The notes under the pieces are model-generated. The model made no database searches. It was not told the DNA's origin and saw only the letters and a program-made list of their open reading frames with translations. DNA of 64,000 nucleotides from Candidatus Poribacteria bacterium. Lineage in GTDB: Bacteria; Poribacteria; WGA-4E; WGA-3G. A program made the translations under genes and the position numbers. The stretch covers positions 96,001-160,000 of the forward strand of contig CBDBFU010000015.1 in the NCBI GenBank assembly GCA_965205025.1, read 5' to 3'. Below are positions 1-9,113 of this stretch, piece by piece (position 1 is the first letter of the stretch; each line of letters starts with the position of its first letter).

Positions 1-423
1 AATCACACTTTGATTTGGTTCCGACTGTGGATCGGATGCTTGATTGCTATCCTTTTCTGAAAACAGACTATGTAAACACCGCATCCTTTCAACAGCAATG
101 TTTGTTGACGGTGATATACCTTCAAATAAAGTGTTTTGCCAAGCAGGGAAGAGAAATAAATTGTGCTGTGTTAAGAAGTCATTTTCATTTCTATTTTTGA
201 TGGATTCTTGAAATGACTCCACCTCATTCATCACCTGAACAGCTTCACGGTGTGTAGGGAATATAGTAAGAATTGGTCTATTTGGGAAGTCTTCCATTAG
301 TGCGGTCAGGAAATAAGCAGTTGATGCATTTGGAAGACCTCTGATCCAGGGAGGATTATTTCCATTTTTAAGACATTGAATTATTTTCTGAAAATAATCA
401 GTATTTTGTAAAAAATCAACCAC
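1..423 (-). CDS. mfd: Transcription-repair coupling factor Mfd, N-terminal part (runs off window start)
   Basis: Not in the ORF track; read by hand from GTG at 423 with no stop to the window edge: ..WIRGLPNASTAYFLTAL..RPILTIFPTHREA..LFLFPAWQNTLFEGISPSTNIAVERMRCLHSL, the typical Mfd N-terminal pattern (GL-x-S, FPAW-x-L-x-E-x-SP, R-x-x-L). Confidence 0.75.
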   Translation of the reverse strand, partial: MVDFLQNTDYFQKIIQCLKNGNNPPWIRGLPNASTAYFLTALMEDFPNRPILTIFPTHREAVQVMNEVESFQESIKNRNENDFLTQHNLFLFPAWQNTLFEGISPSTNIAVERMRCLHSLFSEKDSNQASDPQSEPNQSVI

Positions 424-433
424 AAAGTGTTCC

Positions 434-1264
434 TTATCGTATTACTTCTCTTTTTACCAATACTGCAGTTGTCTTGCCAATTTTTGTATCTGCTTCAATT
501 CGAATAGGTAGATGACGGTTATCATCTGTTAACCAAAGACGTGATCCCTCTGAAGTTTGCACCATGAGTGTATTGACTTGCCCTAACCCTTTAACCTTCA
601 TTCGTTCACCACGTGTTACGTTTAATTCTACTTTAACCACTTTTCCTTTACTTATTAGTGGAAAGTAATATATGTTTCCAGGTGCTAATTGTTTACACCT
701 AAGAAAGTAGATCATAGAAAGTTCATCTTGTGTACCATTAGGTATTTTAATAACTTTTTTATCCTGTTTCTGAGGAGCTTTTGAGTTTATTTGGGATTTT
801 TTATTATATACTGCTTCTTCTTCGTTGAAACTAATTTCAACAATTGCACTGTATTTTCTATCTTGAAGTTGATTTCTAAAACGTATAGGTTGTAATTTTT
901 CAATATTCAGATATGTATACTGTAAACTATGAAATCGATAGAAGCTTACGAGTGCACCTGTCTTGGCTTTTGAGTTAATATGGTAAATAGGTTTATCTTG
1001 GATGGATGTTTTCTTAGTAACATGATCTATTCGTTGTCCTACTGGTGCCCATCCAATTTTAACTTTGTATGTTAATTTTTCTCCTACTGTGATAGGTGGG
1101 TTTTTAACCGTTTTAACATCAACAAGGGAAATCGCAATGATTTCTTGATTTTCTAAGTTTTCTTCAGGCACAACATCTGAAAATGTAAAACCTACACCAA
1201 TTAAAACTAAAAATATAAGGAAGTTCTGAGAATTCACGTTTCTTACTCCAGATTGTATTATCAT
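434..1264 (-). CDS. DUF3108-family exported/outer-membrane protein
   Basis: N-terminal hydrophobic segment; GEKLTYKV, QDELSMIYFLR and LWLTDDNRHLPIRIEA motifs typical of DUF3108. Confidence 0.7.
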   Translation of the reverse strand: MIIQSGVRNVNSQNFLIFLVLIGVGFTFSDVVPEENLENQEIIAISLVDVKTVKNPPITVGEKLTYKVKIGWAPVGQRIDHVTKKTSIQDKPIYHINSKAKTGALVSFYRFHSLQYTYLNIEKLQPIRFRNQLQDRKYSAIVEISFNEEEAVYNKKSQINSKAPQKQDKKVIKIPNGTQDELSMIYFLRCKQLAPGNIYYFPLISKGKVVKVELNVTRGERMKVKGLGQVNTLMVQTSEGSRLWLTDDNRHLPIRIEADTKIGKTTAVLVKREVIR

Positions 1265-1355
1265 AGACAGAACATAATCCTACCAACAATTCTATTGATA
1301 GTGATTGAACCTGAATAGCTTATATTTCTCAGGGATAACATCATATTGGGTGATG

Positions 1356-1955
1356 TTAAAATTGATGGGTAAATATTAGCGCATTCATTCCACTATTAGT
1401 TAGTTGCATCTGGAGAGAAATTCTTCGATTATTAAAATTCTCAGCAGTTTTTGATGCATCCAATATATTCCAAATATGTATGCCAATACCTGTGATGAGG
1501 AAAAGTGTTCCACGAAGTGTATGGTCTGTAATTCTTGAATCAACTTGATCCCTATCTAAGAAAATATTAGTTTTCTCATCAAAGAAACCTGTTCTGAATT
1601 CATTATGTTCTTTGTAATGAAGAGCGCGTGCTATATTATAAGATGCTAACGAGAATACACCAATTTCAGCTGAAAGGAATACAACTGCCTTTAGGTAGTT
1701 ATCAGCATATGCTTGACCTAACCCTGGCATAGTTGCAGAGAGAATTGTTGCTTTACTCGTGCTTCGAGTAGGATAATATTGATCAGAATGGGAACGGTAT
1801 AATGGATATACAGGATTATCGATATCATTTCGAGATTTATCCTGTTTCTTTAACTTCGTAATATATTTCTGGTATTGAGATTCCTCAGCTACTAATATCT
1901 GAGTATGAAATATTATCTGTGAGATAATAAACAAGAGAATAAGATACCTTTTCAC
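1356..1955 (-). CDS. Membrane protein, DUF5683-like
   Basis: Signal peptide; KATILSATMPGLGQAY and IHIWNILDA motifs. Confidence 0.6.
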   Translation of the reverse strand: MKRYLILLFIISQIIFHTQILVAEESQYQKYITKLKKQDKSRNDIDNPVYPLYRSHSDQYYPTRSTSKATILSATMPGLGQAYADNYLKAVVFLSAEIGVFSLASYNIARALHYKEHNEFRTGFFDEKTNIFLDRDQVDSRITDHTLRGTLFLITGIGIHIWNILDASKTAENFNNRRISLQMQLTNSGMNALIFTHQF

Positions 1956-1972
1956 TATCTATCCTTTAAATG

Positions 1973-2087
1973 ATACCATTTCTAAAGATGTTTCATCCCA
2001 TGAATGGCTGTTATACATATCTTGAAATGTAGCACAAACTGGTAGTTGATGCTACATTTTAGAGAATATAAGTATCAGAAATGGTAT
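1973..2087. repeat. MITE-like element with ATACCATTTCT terminal inverted repeats containing a GTAG-REP-like palindrome
   Basis: ataccatttct (1973-1983) / agaaatggtat (2077-2087); internal gtagcacaaactggtagttgatgctac at 2029-2055. Confidence 0.6.
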
Positions 2088-2150
2088 GCGTATCTATATG
2101 TAATCACAACGAATTTTCAATAATATATCAATGTAATCAAATTCGAAGAT

Positions 2151-2945
2151 TTATTTTGGTAATTTAGGTGCTAATTGAATATTCTCTGGATCTGTTTGGT
2201 ATGCCCAATCAAATGTGATTGAATCATCAAACAGTTTTCGTACATGAACTTTAGCGAAGTTTCCATCAGGAGTGTAGAATGCATAAATATGCCCTTCTAT
2301 AGCTTCAACTAAAAGGGTAATATAACCAAATTCTGGAACAGTATCAACATCATCAAAGTTTTCATGATACCCCAAATCCTGCATTGCAGTACCATTGTCC
2401 GAAAAGAAATATGTGATATTAACTTCTGTATCTAATGCAAAATATATGTCAGTAGACCTATCATCCCATGCAATACTACCTTTTTGTGGATGTGAAAAAT
2501 CGAACCCACTTCGTTCTGGAGCAAGTTGGTAGTCATCAAGGCTTATGTTTCTACCTTCAGGTCGTGGCGTATCCCATGCATTTTCTGGACTAAGTTCACT
2601 TTCATTTCCGTTGAAATCATAGGCAGAAACGGCATAATAATAAGTCCTACCGTTTTTTACATCATTATCAGTGTATTCTGTTGTACCTACTGGGAGATCG
2701 GTTAAAGAATCAAAATCTACATTATCTTCGCTTCTCCACACTATGTATCCATCAAGATCATATTCTCCATTTGGATACCATTCAATTCGGACACTGTTAT
2801 CCCCCGTAATAGTTTTTACTCCTCTGGGTGTGGCAGGGGGTTCAAGATCCTCAATTATTTCATTATCAGTAGTACATCCAGCAAGTGTTACAACAAGGAT
2901 TGTCAGAAGTATATACTTACTCATGTATTTTATTGTTCTTAACAT
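2151..2945 (-). CDS. Lipoprotein with fibronectin type III domain (probable start 2924)
   Basis: Lipobox LAGC; FN3 signature PPATP..W..Y..YTD..NGRTYYYAVSAYDFNGNESELS. Confidence 0.75.
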   Translation of the reverse strand: MLRTIKYMSKYILLTILVVTLAGCTTDNEIIEDLEPPATPRGVKTITGDNSVRIEWYPNGEYDLDGYIVWRSEDNVDFDSLTDLPVGTTEYTDNDVKNGRTYYYAVSAYDFNGNESELSPENAWDTPRPEGRNISLDDYQLAPERSGFDFSHPQKGSIAWDDRSTDIYFALDTEVNITYFFSDNGTAMQDLGYHENFDDVDTVPEFGYITLLVEAIEGHIYAFYTPDGNFAKVHVRKLFDDSITFDWAYQTDPENIQLAPKLPK

Positions 2946-3208
2946 TCTAATTACTCCAATATTTATTATTGTATATCCATGTGTAACGTAACACTTTTGA
3001 ATTGTGTTGACATTCTTATTATACTATCATTAAATCGGTGTATTTGCAAATGTAAATTGGATGTTAGAGTGGACGATTTCTGAGCTGCTATTTAGCAATT
3101 TATACTTCGTAATTTCGATTCACTTCCATGACAATTAGTCATAAAATGATGTTGCAAGACTTAGTAATCAGCATAGAGAAATTATTGATTCTGAACTAAC
3201 TGAAAATC

Positions 3209-3237
3209 TTGACATATTTTTTTCTATATGCTATATT
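3209..3237 (+). promoter_or_regulatory. Sigma70-type promoter for the 3268-purF-purM region
   Basis: TTGACA (3209-3214), 17-bp spacer, extended -10 TGcTATATT (3229-3237). Confidence 0.6.
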
Positions 3238-3267
3238 TAATCGTAGTTATAATACAACAATGGAGAT

Positions 3268-3816
3268 GTGATGTCTAATAAGAACAATATACTTCTTACG
3301 TTCAGTCAGGTAGGAGTCGGAATCGTATCATCGGTGGTTGGATGTATTATTTATTTCTTTGTTTTTAAGTTCTTAATTTGGTCTATTATAATAAATGACA
3401 GAGTATCCCACGGGTTTTTAGTTGGAATTCTGTTATTCCTATCTATTGGACTCACCTATGGACTCATTGTTGTTGGAACAAGCCAAGGTATAAGGTTTGT
3501 ATCTCTGCAATTTGATGTAAATATTCCATTTAAACCGGTATTCTCTGGTGCATTTTTAGGTGCACCCGCCGTTGTGGGATTGATTTCACTGCTTAATGTA
3601 CCTTGGGATGACCTTCAAACTAACAACCTTATCCTTACCATTATTCTTCCTATTATAGAAGTTGTAGCATATTTATTATCATTACCAATCCGAATTTGGT
3701 TGCTATTAAATCTTCCAGTTGAAATATTGTATATACTTGCTATACCAATCGGTGCAATTTTGGGATATAGATTATCTAAACTTGACGATGTAGATGTCAG
3801 TGTAGTAGAGTCTTAA
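3268..3816 (+). CDS. Hypothetical integral membrane protein
   Basis: 182 aa with several hydrophobic segments; GGAG RBS upstream. Confidence 0.6.
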   Translation: MMSNKNNILLTFSQVGVGIVSSVVGCIIYFFVFKFLIWSIIINDRVSHGFLVGILLFLSIGLTYGLIVVGTSQGIRFVSLQFDVNIPFKPVFSGAFLGAPAVVGLISLLNVPWDDLQTNNLILTIILPIIEVVAYLLSLPIRIWLLLNLPVEILYILAIPIGAILGYRLSKLDDVDVSVVES

Positions 3817-3919
3817 AACCATTATATCTTCATTCTTTTCTACCTGTTTGTTCGGTAGTAGGACATAAGATCCTTCTTGTAATTTGCTGTGTATAGTTTT
3901 CATGTAATTCGGAGGTAAT

Positions 3920-5341
3920 GTGTCACGAATGCATTTTGATGATTCCCCCAGAGATGAATGTGGTGTATTCGGTATCTTTGGACACCCTAAAGCTGTAGAA
4001 TTAACCTACTTAGGTTTACGTGCTTTACAGCATAGAGGTCAAGAGAGTAGTGGAATTGTATCTTCAGATGGTGAAAGATTATCATTTCATCATGGTATGG
4101 GACTTGTAGATGCAGTATTCACGAATGATATATTATCACAGTTATCAGGTCATATAGCTATAGGACATAATCGGTATTCAACTGCTGGATCGAGTACACT
4201 TGAAAATGCGCAACCATTAGTGAGGAATTATAAAGAGGGACAACTTGCCCTTGGACATAATGGTAATTTAGTTAATGCCATTCCCATCCGTAATCACCTT
4301 GAGAAAGCTGGCTCAATTTTTAGTACAAGTTTAGATACAGAGGTAATATTTCATTTAATAGCTCATTCAAGACAGAGAAGTTTAGAGGATCGTATTTTTG
4401 ATGCGTTCCGCGCAGTTGAAGGTGCATATTCTTTTGTTGTAATGGATAGAGAAACGTTGATGGGTGCTCGCGATCCGAGTGGTTTTCGTCCATTATGGAT
4501 AGGTAAACTTGGGGAAGCATTTGTCCTTGCCTCTGAAACATGTGCTCTTGATGTAATTGAAGCAGAACCGATTCGAGAAGTAGAACCAGGTGAATTGGTT
4601 ACTTTTAGATCTATTCATCAAGGTTTAGAATCATTTCGTTTCTTACCTAAAAAACCTAACCTATCTCAATGTATTTTCGAATATATTTATCTTGCGCGCC
4701 CTGATGGAAGAATGTTCGGTCAAGGTGTTAATAATACACGTCGTGAATTCGGAAGACAACTTGCCCGTGAGCATCCTGTTAAAGGTGACGTTGTAATTCC
4801 AGTTCCAGATTCTGCTACTATTGCTGCACTTGGTTATGCAGAAGAATCGGGTATTCCATTTGATCTTGGTTTGTCAAGAAATCCTTTTGTCGGACGCACT
4901 TTTATGAATCCTACACAAGACATCAGAGAACTTATGGTTAAAGTCAAGTTAAATCCTATTAGAGAAGTACTTGATGGTAAGAGGGTAATAATGGTTGATG
5001 ATTCAATAATGCGTGGGACCAACAGCAGGAAATTAGTCAAGATAGTTCGTGAAGGTGGTGCTACAGCAGTCCATCTACGTATTGCCTCCCCTCCCAATAA
5101 ATTTCCCTGTTTCTATGGTGTTGATACTCCTACACGTTCAGAATTAATTGCAAGTGAACACACGATAGAAGAGATACGTAAATATATTCGAGCCGATAGT
5201 TTAGGATATGTTAGCATTGAAGGCATGTTGAATTCTGTTGAGTCTCCTGATAATTTCTGTACCGCATGTTTTGATGGGCAGTATCCTGTAGCTATACATG
5301 AAGGTGTTCCACGTCAATTACCTTTAATCTCATCATATTAG
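3920..5341 (+). CDS. purF: Amidophosphoribosyltransferase (propeptide, Fe-S type)
   Basis: Propeptide then CGVFG, LQHRGQES, GHNRYSTAG, HNGNLVN, PRPP motif VDDSIMRGT, Fe-S cysteines in CIFE/PCFYG/CTAC. Confidence 0.97.
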   Translation: MSRMHFDDSPRDECGVFGIFGHPKAVELTYLGLRALQHRGQESSGIVSSDGERLSFHHGMGLVDAVFTNDILSQLSGHIAIGHNRYSTAGSSTLENAQPLVRNYKEGQLALGHNGNLVNAIPIRNHLEKAGSIFSTSLDTEVIFHLIAHSRQRSLEDRIFDAFRAVEGAYSFVVMDRETLMGARDPSGFRPLWIGKLGEAFVLASETCALDVIEAEPIREVEPGELVTFRSIHQGLESFRFLPKKPNLSQCIFEYIYLARPDGRMFGQGVNNTRREFGRQLAREHPVKGDVVIPVPDSATIAALGYAEESGIPFDLGLSRNPFVGRTFMNPTQDIRELMVKVKLNPIREVLDGKRVIMVDDSIMRGTNSRKLVKIVREGGATAVHLRIASPPNKFPCFYGVDTPTRSELIASEHTIEEIRKYIRADSLGYVSIEGMLNSVESPDNFCTACFDGQYPVAIHEGVPRQLPLISSY

Positions 5342-5421
5342 TTATGTAAAATTGATATTACACACTATTGTATTCAACCAGAAAATAATTTAGTTTTCTT
5401 AACTTATGGAAGGATGAGAAA

Positions 5422-5751
5422 TTGTTGAATCGAAACCCAAGAAGAAATCCATTGAGGACACCCGGACGTAAGATCCCAATTGCTGGTTCGGGTATGGGTA
5501 AAGCCGTCCGTAATTCTCTAAGTACTACTCAGGGGACATCTACCCTTAAAATCATCCTATTTTATTCCATACTTGGGATGTTATTGAATTGGCTTCTACC
5601 TGATTTATTACTCTGGTTAAGACCTGATTTTGAACCCTATGATGCAAATTACTATGGTACGATTTGGTCAATTGGAATTACAGGTTTTCTTTTGGTATTA
5701 AGTCTATTAAAGGGATTGATTCTACGTTATAGGTCAAAGCAGGATTTATGA
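5422..5751 (+). CDS. Small hypothetical membrane protein
   Basis: 109 aa, basic N-terminus, two hydrophobic helices, between purF and purM. Confidence 0.55.
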   Translation: MLNRNPRRNPLRTPGRKIPIAGSGMGKAVRNSLSTTQGTSTLKIILFYSILGMLLNWLLPDLLLWLRPDFEPYDANYYGTIWSIGITGFLLVLSLLKGLILRYRSKQDL

Positions 5752-5804
5752 AACCAATTGAATTGATAGTTTCAGTTGATCATACCAAAAATTAAAGGAA
5801 TGAA

Positions 5805-6851
5805 ATGTCAAAAAATGAATCATTGACATACGCAGATGCTGGTGTATCTTTTGATGCGGAATCTAAGGCTATGCAGCGGATTTCAGGTCATATTAAATCC
5901 ACCTACCGAAAAGAAGTAATTAGTGGTTTAGGTAGTTTTGGTGGTTTATTCGCAATGGGATCCTATAAAGAACCCATACTTGTCAGTAGTACAGACAGTG
6001 TTGGCACTAAGCTAATGGTCGCTTTTCAAGTTGAGAAACATGATACAGTTGGTATTGATATAGTTATACATTGTGGCAACGATATTGTAGTTCAAGGAGC
6101 AGAGCCACTCTTCTTCTTGGATTACATTGGTATAGGAAAAATGGACCCCGATGTTATCGAACAGATAATTATAGGACTTACAAAGGGTTGCCGAGAAATT
6201 GGATGTGCATTGATTAGTGGGGAGACGGCAGAACTTCCCGGATTATATACACCTGGAGAATATGACCTTGTTGGTACAATCGTAGGAGTGGTTGAAAAAG
6301 ATGAATTGATTACAGGAAGCAATATTCAACCTGGGGACAAACTGATAGGTTTAAAATCTGCTGGACTTCATACAAATGGATATTCACTTGCAAGACGTAT
6401 TTTATTTGACCGATGTAAATATAATGTAGATACTTATCATTCAGACTTGGATTCAACCATTGGAGAGGAATTACTTATACCTCATAGGAGTTATGTCCAA
6501 TGTATCCAATTACTACGTCAAAAATGTGAGATTAAAGGTTTAGCTCATATTACAGGTGGTGGATTACCTGGCAATGTAAATCGGATTCTTCCTGATGGAT
6601 GCCGGGTATTGATAGAAAAGGATAGTTGGGATGTTCCAATTATTTTCTCAATACTTCAAAAGGAAGGTAATGTTGAAGAATCTGAAATGTATAGAGTCTT
6701 CAATATGGGGATTGGTATGGTAATTGTTGTCTCAGATAACACAGTTAATACTGTATTGGCATATCTAAAGGATATTGATGAAACACCGATACAGTTAGGA
6801 GAAATTATTCCAGGCGAAAAGGGAGTTGAGCTGTGTATGGGGCAATTATAA
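5805..6851 (+). CDS. purM: Phosphoribosylformylglycinamidine cyclo-ligase (AIR synthetase)
   Basis: TYADAGV, TDSVGTK, GAEPLFFLDY, GETAELPG, GLHTNGYSL, AHITGGGL, MYRVFNMGIG. Confidence 0.97.
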   Translation: MSKNESLTYADAGVSFDAESKAMQRISGHIKSTYRKEVISGLGSFGGLFAMGSYKEPILVSSTDSVGTKLMVAFQVEKHDTVGIDIVIHCGNDIVVQGAEPLFFLDYIGIGKMDPDVIEQIIIGLTKGCREIGCALISGETAELPGLYTPGEYDLVGTIVGVVEKDELITGSNIQPGDKLIGLKSAGLHTNGYSLARRILFDRCKYNVDTYHSDLDSTIGEELLIPHRSYVQCIQLLRQKCEIKGLAHITGGGLPGNVNRILPDGCRVLIEKDSWDVPIIFSILQKEGNVEESEMYRVFNMGIGMVIVVSDNTVNTVLAYLKDIDETPIQLGEIIPGEKGVELCMGQL

Positions 6852-7636
6852 GTGAGGAATCAATCCAAGAATTGACTGAGATTTTTAGGAATACTCCATT
6901 ACCTATAATTATGGGCGCAATTGAACAGATAGATAATAATGAAATAGCAGTATTCTTACTACTTATGGATAAGGTAAGTTCTGGAATTCCTGCAGATGAA
7001 TCGGATGTAATACACAAAACACTAACTCAATCGGAAAATGACAATACCGAAACGGATGCAGAAAAGAATTTAGCAAATTATGCTCAGCAAATTCTTGCTG
7101 AACTTTCATTTGCAAAACAGGTAAGAGTTAGTGAGAAAATCGCTTCAACAGAAATGGTAGAATCTGAAGAAGCAGGACAAATTTGGAATGACTTTACAGA
7201 TAGAATTAAAAGAGTTCTTGAAAAAACACTGTTCTTTGGAAATGGAGCAAAAAACCTTGCCAAACTATTAGAACAAGTTGACATTGAAAAACAGAATAAA
7301 CTAATGGAATTGCTTCAAGATAGCAATCCTGAATTAGCACATACAGTGGGTGATCATTTATTTACTTTTGAGGATATTGTTGACATCCCAAAGGAAGCTA
7401 TTCTAACAGTATTACAAGTTGTTGCACCGAACACATTGGCAATAGCTCTTCACGATGCAACGGAACCCTTAGTAGAAAGATTCTTTGAGAATATGTCGCC
7501 TGAACAGATTACGAATGTGGAATCTGAGATAAAACAACTGACGTTTGAACAAAAGCAGATAAGTAATACCGCGCGGCAATCTATTGTCAATCTATTACGG
7601 AATTTTGCTGGAAAAGGGATTCTGAAACTAAGGTAA
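6833..7636 (+). CDS. FliG C-terminal-domain-like protein (orphan)
   Basis: C-terminal half PELAHTVGDHLFTFEDIVDI..LAIAL..FFENMS resembles FliG-C (PELAEEI..MFTFEDL..LALALK..F..NMS). Confidence 0.6.
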   Translation: MYGAIISEESIQELTEIFRNTPLPIIMGAIEQIDNNEIAVFLLLMDKVSSGIPADESDVIHKTLTQSENDNTETDAEKNLANYAQQILAELSFAKQVRVSEKIASTEMVESEEAGQIWNDFTDRIKRVLEKTLFFGNGAKNLAKLLEQVDIEKQNKLMELLQDSNPELAHTVGDHLFTFEDIVDIPKEAILTVLQVVAPNTLAIALHDATEPLVERFFENMSPEQITNVESEIKQLTFEQKQISNTARQSIVNLLRNFAGKGILKLR

Positions 7637-7684
7637 TACTAATAATTTTTGACCATGTAGTTTTTGTATGAAGCGTTAGTCATC

Positions 7685-8638
7685 TCAATCATCTTCAAGT
7701 TTGAATTCAAAAGGAATCCTAACAGCATACTCAATTGCTTTCCCATTTTCCTTTGCAGGTGTAAACTTAAATTTCTTCAATGCGGCGATGGCTGCTTCCT
7801 CAAAACCGAATCCCAAATTTGTCTCTGCAACAATATCTTTCGCAATTCCCTCAACAGTAATGATTGCTTTAAGAAATACTTTTCCTTCCTTTTCTGCCCT
7901 TCTTGCGTTTTTAGGATAGGTAGGTTTAACACGATACTTTGGTACCGGTCGTGTTATACCAGAAGATGTATTAATCTCAGGAACAGTCAGATCTGGACCA
8001 TTCGTTGAAGGTGCTGTATTCTCTAAGTCTGCAAACGGTGTATTCTGTTGAGTAGGTCTCAAAGAGGTTGTTGGGACTGGAGTGGTTTGTTTAGGTTGAA
8101 CAGGTCCCTTAAAACTTCTTTCCGGTAATCTGACTCTTGGACCAGCATTTAATTCTGTACCGTCAAGTACATCTGCTGTTTCTGAAGAAGGTAGTATAAA
8201 ATCCCTTGGACCTTTTGGTAGATCGGCATTTGTGACAACAGTCCGTTTTACAGGTGCTTCCACTTGCTGCTCTTTTGCTTCAAATGTAATTTTTGGACGT
8301 TTATTTACGATTACACGTTTTCTGTCAGGAACATCATTAGGTATAAACGCAGCTTCTAATCGTTCTGTCTCAGCTTCGATTCTATCTTTAATATAGAGTG
8401 CACCTAATACAATAGCGATAGATACATGAAGACCGATAGAAAAAATCAGAGAAAATGAATTACGACTACCGGTTTTTTGAACAGTTATTGGTTGCGGTTT
8501 ATTCTCTCTTGCTGCAGCGATGCCACCTTGTTGATTTTCGTCAATAGTAAATTTCTTTAATTTTGCATTAATCTTAGGTTTCTTTCGTTGAGCCCTACGA
8601 CTATGTATTTGGGATACAATATCGGAACTTCTACTCAT
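7685..8638 (-). CDS. Energy transducer TonB family protein
   Basis: TM helix with SIGLH, Pro/Thr-rich linker, TonB_C domain PTYPKNARRAEKEGKV..GFGFEEAAIAALKKFKFTPA. Confidence 0.85.
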   Translation of the reverse strand: MSRSSDIVSQIHSRRAQRKKPKINAKLKKFTIDENQQGGIAAARENKPQPITVQKTGSRNSFSLIFSIGLHVSIAIVLGALYIKDRIEAETERLEAAFIPNDVPDRKRVIVNKRPKITFEAKEQQVEAPVKRTVVTNADLPKGPRDFILPSSETADVLDGTELNAGPRVRLPERSFKGPVQPKQTTPVPTTSLRPTQQNTPFADLENTAPSTNGPDLTVPEINTSSGITRPVPKYRVKPTYPKNARRAEKEGKVFLKAIITVEGIAKDIVAETNLGFGFEEAAIAALKKFKFTPAKENGKAIEYAVRIPFEFKLEDD

Positions 8639-8829
8639 CTCTTTTCTCCTAAAGTTATCTCGTGATGCGGATAGCGCGCTTACAACACACCTACCGGAGT
8701 TAATGAGATAGTTATGAATTGATAAAGTATATAAATGTAATTATGCTGATAATATAACGAATTTAAAATAGAACTGATATCAATATCACTTAATTTGAAG
8801 ATTTTAAGTATACAAACCTATAGCAGCAT

Positions 8830-8858
8830 ATTATACCAACAGATTTCTATTTTGTCAA
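8830..8858 (-). promoter_or_regulatory. Consensus sigma70 promoter for the tonB-like gene
   Basis: Minus strand TTGACA-17 bp-TATAAT with extended TG. Confidence 0.7.
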
Positions 8859-9113
8859 GATATTCTTTTTTCCCTTCCGAATAGCTAAGATTTCTTCCTT
8901 TTTATAATTTCTAATGTAGAAACCATTAAACAGAATAAGATCTTGTCGGATCTGAATATTTTGGTGTTTCTAATTAAAATATATGAAACTATAATGATAT
9001 ATCAATCAACATGTATCATAATTTCTAAATGTGATTATTGGTTTGATAAAACAAGAATACACAATTAGGTGTATTTTTAGAATAGGTGATGATGCTATAA
9101 TTAACCAAAATTA

